From Planctomycetota bacterium (GTDB lineage Bacteria > Planctomycetota > DG-23 > JAZDKG01): a DNA stretch of 64,000 nt. Of the stretch, positions 59,084 to 64,000 are shown piece by piece. Each line of letters starts with the position of its first letter. The stretch's first letter is position 1. The stretch is taken from contig JAZDKG010000116.1 in NCBI GenBank assembly GCA_043803205.1, positions 31,316 to 95,315 on the forward strand. Reading direction: 5' to 3'. The position numbers and the translations under genes are program-made. The notes beneath the pieces are model-generated. The model was not told where the DNA came from, searched no databases, and worked only from the letters and a program-made list of their open reading frames with translations.

Positions 59084-59383
59084 TTATCGGCCCCTCTTAT
59101 CCTGGAGCTTGTCCTTGAACCGCGTCAACTGGTGCTCCGCCTTGTCGATCAAGAGATCCACCGCCGCGTGAAGGTCCGCGGCCGATGCCTCCGCCACGAG
59201 CGTGCTCCCCCGGACCACCCCGATGACGATCTCCGCGGACCTGGGCTCCGTGTGCCCGTCAAGAATCACCTTGATCCATTGGATCCTCCCGAAATACTTC
59301 TCCAGCTTCCCGACCTTCTGGGCCGCATACTCCCTTAGGTCGTCCGCTAGCTCTCCGTGTCGGCCAGTGATGCTGATCTTCAC
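59084..59383 (-). CDS. hpf: Ribosome hibernation promoting factor (short HPF/RaiA)
   Basis: 'MKISITGRHGELADDLREYAAQKVGKLEKYF' is the canonical sigma-54 modulation protein / HPF N-terminus. Confidence 0.85.
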   Translation of the reverse strand: MKISITGRHGELADDLREYAAQKVGKLEKYFGRIQWIKVILDGHTEPRSAEIVIGVVRGSTLVAEASAADLHAAVDLLIDKAEHQLTRFKDKLQDKRGR

Positions 59384-59623
59384 CCGAGCGTCTCCTTTTC
59401 CAACCGGCTTCTCGGCAATTACGGGGGCCGACCTCTCCGCGGATCCCCGCTCCTCACCGGGTCGCTCCGCCCAAGGCCGATCATAGAATAGGTAAGGGCG
59501 ATGAATCTGTCAACGCCAATCCCCTTCGCGCGCCATCCCTCCCCTCCTCCGATCCGTCTTGCAGTTGCTTCCACCCCCTCGGCGCGGTATCATGCCCCTA
59601 CTCGGCGCTTCCGGGGAACGCAA

Positions 59624-61045
59624 ATGGAAAAAACCATCGGCCCCTACCAGATCATCCAGGAGCTCGGCAAGGGCGGAATGGGCACCGTCTACCACGCCCA
59701 GCACGTCGACACCGGCGTCGAGGTCGCCCTCAAGGTCCTTCCCCCGGCCCTCTCCCGCGAAAGCCACTTCGTCCTGCGCTTCCGACGCGAAATCAACACC
59801 CTGAGACAGCTCGACCATCCCAACATCGTCCGCATCAGCGACACCGGACACGACGGCGAGCTCTACTACTACGCCATGGAGTTCGTCCTCGGCAGCTCCC
59901 TCGAAGAGATGATCACCTCCCAGGGCCGCTTCGAGGATCCCCACGAGGCCATCGCCATCCTCCGCAAGGTCGCCCGCGCCCTCGAGTTCGCCCACGCCAA
60001 GGGCATCATCCACCGCGACATCAAGCCCGCCAACATCCTGCTCGACCTCCAGGGAAACGTCAAACTCACCGACTTCGGCATCGCCAAGGCCCTCGAGGCC
60101 ACCCGCATGACCGTCACCGGCTCCGTCATGGGCACCGCCGAATACATGGCCCCCGAACAGGCCGAGGGACACTCCATCGACAAACGCACCGATGTCTACT
60201 CCCTCGGCGTCGTCTTCTACCGCATGGTCACCGGTCGGCTCCCCTTCACGGGCAGCACCTCCATCGAGATCATGAAACAGCTTCGCTTCAACATCCCTGA
60301 GTCCCCCAAGGCCCTCAACCCCACCATCACCAACAACCTCTCCGAGCTCATCCTCAAGATGCTTTCCAAGGAACCCAAGGATCGCTTCGAATCCATGGAG
60401 GCCCTCGTCCGACGGCTCGACCAGGTGGAAGAACAGATGCGCCGGGCTCGGGACTCCGCCGGGGCTAGACCCCGCACCGTCGCTGGCGCCAAGGCCCCCA
60501 AACCCTCCGCGCCCGAGGAGCCCCTCCCCGTGGCGAAGGTCGCCGCCTACGCCGTCGCCCTCGTCGCCATCGCCCTCGTCGTCTACTGGTGGTACGCCAA
60601 ACGCTCCCGCGCCGAATCGCCCGAAATCCTCCACGCGCGTGCGATCGAGCTCGCGGATGCGGGCGACTACTCGCAGGCGATCCAGCTCTTCTCGGACCTC
60701 CTGGACCACCCCAAGACCCCCCCCGACCTCCGCGAATCCGCCGCCGCCCGCCTGCGCGAGTGCGAAACCAGGGAGATCGAAAAGGAGAGGCGCCTGGAAA
60801 CCAAGCGCGTCGCCGCCGCCCGGCAAGAGGCCGCCCAGAGCGCCGAAAACCTCGCCGCCGGGATTTCGTACTACCGCGGCCTCGCGCTCCTGGGCGAGGG
60901 AAAACCCCAGGACGCGCGCTCGATCTTCGCCGCGATCGCCCTCCTCTATCCCGATACAAGCTGGGGCAAGAGCGCCGACGAGCGCCTGCGCATGATCGAC
61001 CTCGGCGTGCACGGCCCCCCCCAGTCCCAGCCCACTTCCCCCTGA
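59624..61045 (+). CDS. Serine/threonine protein kinase with C-terminal TM helix and TPR-like/Ala-rich extracytoplasmic region
   Basis: Start trimmed to MEKTIGPYQI, with 'gggga' RBS-like upstream. 'GKGGMGTVYHA', 'HRDIKPANILLD', 'DFGIAKA' and 'GTAEYMAPE'. Hydrophobic 'AAYAVALVAIALVVYWWY' at ~aa 305. Confidence 0.85.
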   Translation: MEKTIGPYQIIQELGKGGMGTVYHAQHVDTGVEVALKVLPPALSRESHFVLRFRREINTLRQLDHPNIVRISDTGHDGELYYYAMEFVLGSSLEEMITSQGRFEDPHEAIAILRKVARALEFAHAKGIIHRDIKPANILLDLQGNVKLTDFGIAKALEATRMTVTGSVMGTAEYMAPEQAEGHSIDKRTDVYSLGVVFYRMVTGRLPFTGSTSIEIMKQLRFNIPESPKALNPTITNNLSELILKMLSKEPKDRFESMEALVRRLDQVEEQMRRARDSAGARPRTVAGAKAPKPSAPEEPLPVAKVAAYAVALVAIALVVYWWYAKRSRAESPEILHARAIELADAGDYSQAIQLFSDLLDHPKTPPDLRESAAARLRECETREIEKERRLETKRVAAARQEAAQSAENLAAGISYYRGLALLGEGKPQDARSIFAAIALLYPDTSWGKSADERLRMIDLGVHGPPQSQPTSP

Positions 61046-61109
61046 CAGCATCACGCCTTTCGCAGGGCCTGGGCCTCCAGCATGCCTGCTCCCCCTCAGA
61101 CCTCAGGCC

Positions 61110-61772
61110 TCACCCCCTCGTCGGCAAGGCCGCGAACGGATTCGACCGCGCCTCTTCCCCCACCAACGTCGGCTCCCCGTGTCCGGGGTAGACGATCGTC
61201 TCCCCCGGCAGCGAGAAAAGCTTCTCCCGCACGGAGCGCACCAGAACGTCCATGTTCCCCCCGGGAAAATCCGTGCGGCCCACGCCCATCTGAAAAAGCG
61301 CGTCGCCCGAGAAGACGACCGGCGCTCCCCCGCTCTCCTGCGCGCTGAAATAGAGCGAGATCCCCCCGGTCGTGTGCCCCGGCGTCTCCAGCACCTCCCC
61401 CTTCGCCCCCCCCACCGTCACCTCGTCCCCCTCCCGCAGCGCCCGGTCCGCCGCCGGACTCTTCACCCGCCGCAGAAACAGCGCGCTTAAGTTCCGAATC
61501 GCGCTGGAGAGCATCGGCCCGTCCCCTTCGCCGATCACAAGCTCAGCCTCCGGGAACGCCTTCTTGATCGCCTCGTTCGCCCCGATGTGATCCACGTGCC
61601 CGTGCGTGTTGAGGACCGTCTCGACCTCGAGCTCCCGCCGCGCGATCTCCCCCAAGATCCTCTCCCCCTCGGCCCCAGGATCGATCACGAGCGCCTTACG
61701 CGAGCCCTTGGCGCGGACAAGGTAAGAGCACGTCAGAAATTCCCCCACCACCATCCTTACCACCTCGATCAT
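61110..61772 (-). CDS. MBL-fold metallo-hydrolase (hydroxyacylglutathione-hydrolase-like)
   Basis: 'THGHVDHIG' (HxHxDH) and downstream His/Asp ligands. Confidence 0.8.
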   Translation of the reverse strand: MIEVVRMVVGEFLTCSYLVRAKGSRKALVIDPGAEGERILGEIARRELEVETVLNTHGHVDHIGANEAIKKAFPEAELVIGEGDGPMLSSAIRNLSALFLRRVKSPAADRALREGDEVTVGGAKGEVLETPGHTTGGISLYFSAQESGGAPVVFSGDALFQMGVGRTDFPGGNMDVLVRSVREKLFSLPGETIVYPGHGEPTLVGEEARSNPFAALPTRG

Positions 61773-61776
61773 CCCG

Positions 61777-62967
61777 TCACCTCTGCGCCTGCGACAGGTA
61801 CTTCCGGATGATCCCCTGGATCTCCCATTCCTTCTCGTCCCCCGCCAAGCCCACGATCCGCCTCTCGCGCAGCGCGCTTTCGACCGTGTCCGATGCGTGC
61901 GCCCCGTTCTGCATCAGGTTCCGCCCGAAGTCGCTGCGCACCGTCCCTTCCGCGGCCTCGTCCGGGTTCGTTGAGCCCAGGATCCTCCGGATCTTGTCGA
62001 TCGCGTTTTCCCCCTGGTAGAGGAGCGCGAGACTCGTCGCCTTCCCCGGCGCGCTCCCTTCCCCCGCCCGGCACTCGCTCGGAGCCACGCCCGTCATGTA
62101 CGATACGATCTTCAGAAACTCGCATTCGGCGTTCGCGTCCTTGAGCTCGTCCGCGATCTTCTCGAACGTCTCCTCGTCGACCGGAAAGTCGAACGCCCCC
62201 TCCAGCGCCCCTCGCAGGTGCGCCATCACGTTCTTCCTGAGCCTCTCCACGAACTGCTGCCGCAGCGGCTCGTAGAACCGCCGCGCCTGCGCCACCGACA
62301 TCTTGAGAACCTTCGCCCCCACGATGTACAGCCCCGTCCGCGAGAAACGGTCGATGATGTTCCCGGGCCGACTCGAGGACCGCACGAAATTGTCCGGCTT
62401 GATGATCACGAGCGTCGTCTCCGGCTTCACCCCCTCCGGATACCGGATCACGCGCTCCAGCGCCCCCCCGTCCCGCGCCGCGTACCTCTCAAAGAGGGCG
62501 AGCTGCTTGTACAGCGTCTCGCTGTTCGTCGTCGTGAGCACCGCCGGCTCAAAGTAGATTATCTCCCCCGTCTCCAGCTCGACCATGTCCCCGAACGTGC
62601 CCCGCACCGTGTCCCCCGTGGGGCCCGTCCTCGACGCGAGCGACCCGATCACGCTGTCCTTCAGCGACCGCAGCGCGTCCGTCCCCTCGAACAACAGCAG
62701 CATCATCCGGTTGGTGATACCGAGGACGCTCGACGGCCTCAGGTGCTCGTTGATGTACTTCACGAGCACCCCCTTGATCTTCGGCTCGATCTCCTGCTCC
62801 TCCACCGAGCGCACATACTCGTCCACGAACGCGTCGCTCGGCGCGTACATGTGCGCCCCGACCAGCCGCAGCGTCGGCAGCGCCAACATCCTCCCGATGA
62901 TCCCGCCCGTCCGACTCTTCATCAGGCTGTAGGGCGTGATAAGCGCGTAGGCCAGCTCTTTAGCCAT
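61777..62967 (-). CDS. Tandem nucleoside-diphosphate-kinase-domain protein (degenerate N-terminal NDK-like half + catalytic C-terminal NDK half with insertion)
   Basis: C-terminal half has 'TLVIIKPDNF' (NDK IKPD), 'GTVRSDFG' and 'NGAHASDTVESALRE' (NDK catalytic His motif NxxHxSD). N-terminal half has 'YALITPYSL...GGIIGRML...GTDALRSLKD...GTFG', which looks NDK-like but has no His motif. Start chosen at MAKELAYA. Confidence 0.55.
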   Translation of the reverse strand: MAKELAYALITPYSLMKSRTGGIIGRMLALPTLRLVGAHMYAPSDAFVDEYVRSVEEQEIEPKIKGVLVKYINEHLRPSSVLGITNRMMLLLFEGTDALRSLKDSVIGSLASRTGPTGDTVRGTFGDMVELETGEIIYFEPAVLTTTNSETLYKQLALFERYAARDGGALERVIRYPEGVKPETTLVIIKPDNFVRSSSRPGNIIDRFSRTGLYIVGAKVLKMSVAQARRFYEPLRQQFVERLRKNVMAHLRGALEGAFDFPVDEETFEKIADELKDANAECEFLKIVSYMTGVAPSECRAGEGSAPGKATSLALLYQGENAIDKIRRILGSTNPDEAAEGTVRSDFGRNLMQNGAHASDTVESALRERRIVGLAGDEKEWEIQGIIRKYLSQAQR

Positions 62968-64000
62968 GGTCTGCTCCCCTGACCTCGAGGTTCTCTTCAT
63001 CCGCGTCGGCCCCCGCCGGCGCCTCCCGTCGTCCCGCAGTCGCGCCGCCGCGCAGCGTCACGTTTCCCTTGCCCACGATCTTCTCGACCTCCCCCAGGAA
63101 ACCCTCGTCCGCCCGCACCCGCAGCGCGTCCGCCACCCGGTACAGCGACGTCCGTCCCCCTCCCTCGTTGAAAAGAAGCAGCACCCGGCTCTTCCCCGGG
63201 TGCTTGCGCATGACGGCCCCCAGGTTCGCCAGCGTCTCCTCCCCGTGCGCCTCGCACCGCAGCGTGACCTCCACCGTCCCCGCAAGCTCCCTCGGCGCGT
63301 CCTCTAAGGTCACGATCCGCGACACCCGGATGCTCGGCTCCTGTCGCGCGAGATCCGCCCTCCCCGCCAAGAACACGATCCTGTGCGGGTCCACAAGCTC
63401 CCCCCACTTCTGCAGCTCCGAGGGAAACAGGACCGCCGAGCACGTCCCCGACAGATCCTCGAACGTGATCACGGCCATCCGCTCCCCGGCCTGCCTCCCG
63501 TTCCTCAGCGCCTTGAACCGCACGGACTCGATCCATCCCCCCACGACCACCTCGCTGTTGCTCGCAAGCTCCCCCAGCTCCGCGACGCTGTGCGTGGAGA
63601 AGGCGCGCAGCGTCTCCTCATACCGCGCCAAGGGATGGCTCGAAAGGTAGACCCCCACCGTCTCCTTCTCGTAGGCGAGCTTCTGGTTCTCAGGCCACTC
63701 GGGGACCTCCGCTAGACGATCGTCCTCGGGAACGCCTAACCCCTGTTCCTCCAGCGCGTCGAAGAGGCTCGTCTGCCCCTTGCGCCGATCGCTCTGACGC
63801 GAGCTCCCCCCCGCGATCGCCTTGTCGATCGCCGCCGCCAAGGCCGCTCGAGGCCCCCCCACCGAATCGAACGCCCCGCTCTTGATCAGCGTCTCGATCG
63901 CCGCCCGGTTGACCGCGTGAAGGTCCACGTTCTCGCAAAAGTGAAAGAGCGACCGGAATTCCCCCACCCTCTCGCGCGCGCCCACGATCGCCTCGATCGC
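62960..64000 (-). CDS. dnaE: DNA polymerase III alpha subunit, C-terminal portion (5' part lies beyond the window end)
   Basis: 'FCENVDLHAVNRAAIETLIKSGAFDS' (HhH region), 'GQTSLFD', and the OB-fold region 'GVYLSSHPL...VVGGWIESVRFKAL'. Reading frame is open to the window edge. Confidence 0.8.
   Translation of the reverse strand, partial: AIEAIVGARERVGEFRSLFHFCENVDLHAVNRAAIETLIKSGAFDSVGGPRAALAAAIDKAIAGGSSRQSDRRKGQTSLFDALEEQGLGVPEDDRLAEVPEWPENQKLAYEKETVGVYLSSHPLARYEETLRAFSTHSVAELGELASNSEVVVGGWIESVRFKALRNGRQAGERMAVITFEDLSGTCSAVLFPSELQKWGELVDPHRIVFLAGRADLARQEPSIRVSRIVTLEDAPRELAGTVEVTLRCEAHGEETLANLGAVMRKHPGKSRVLLLFNEGGGRTSLYRVADALRVRADEGFLGEVEKIVGKGNVTLRGGATAGRREAPAGADADEENLEVRGADHG

Noticed and set aside
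59384-59623. Possible sigma54 (TGGCAC-N5-TTGCA) or sigma70 promoter between hpf and the kinase.
   Set aside because: No TGGCAC/TTGCA pair was found. A TTGCAG...TATCAT pair has a 23-nt spacer, too long for sigma70. Not reported as a feature.
61777-63000. Longer version of the tandem-NDK ORF starting at MKRTSRSGEQT (63000).
   Set aside because: It would overlap the dnaE 3' end by 40 nt. The internal start MAKELAYA at 62967 abuts the dnaE stop and matches the NDK-like domain boundary.

Overview
High-GC (~65-70%) bacterial chromosomal window with dense coding on both strands. I support about 58 protein genes, one tRNA-Arg(CCG) with a candidate promoter and a terminator, and two non-coding inverted-repeat elements. 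Reading left to right: a cluster of apparently cytoplasmic glycoside hydrolases (GH78 alpha-L-rhamnosidase-like, BNR/sialidase GH33-like, a DUF4838-like secreted enzyme) interleaved with two uroporphyrinogen-decarboxylase-family paralogs and an UxaE-like TIM-barrel protein. Next come a GAF-PP2C/SpoIIE phosphatase, ribBA, a PgsA-like gene and an SDR epimerase, then an unusual HTH_XRE-HEAT-repeat-S24 (LexA-like) regulator beside a secreted TlpA-like protein that lacks the CxxC pair. A polyamine operon follows (pyruvoyl arginine decarboxylase, deoxyhypusine-synthase-like protein, agmatinase), then a HAD phosphatase, a LeuA/CimA-family synthase, and an orphan beta-class DNA methyltransferase with lower GC3 than its neighbours, sitting next to a GT2 glycosyltransferase and a secreted C45 Ntn-hydrolase fusion. 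An iorA-iorB-paaK-ACT-paaK aryl-acid cluster follows, then tRNA-Arg, ispG-dxr-rseP, and a run on the minus strand of mnmE-like, coaX, obg, rpmA, rplU, rng (apparent -1 frameshift) and a TIGR03936/DUF2344 protein. The window ends with pilM-N-O-P plus two tandem secretins, hpf-ptsN-ptsH-ptsI (nitrogen-type PTS), a Ser/Thr kinase, an MBL hydrolase, a tandem nucleoside-diphosphate-kinase-domain protein and the 3' part of dnaE. No CRISPR array, integrase or transposase was seen. The most unusual items are the HEAT-repeat LexA-like regulator, the tandem NDK protein, the duplicated secretins and two IR-flanked structured intergenic elements. All product calls come from motif-level recognition by eye and are not search results.
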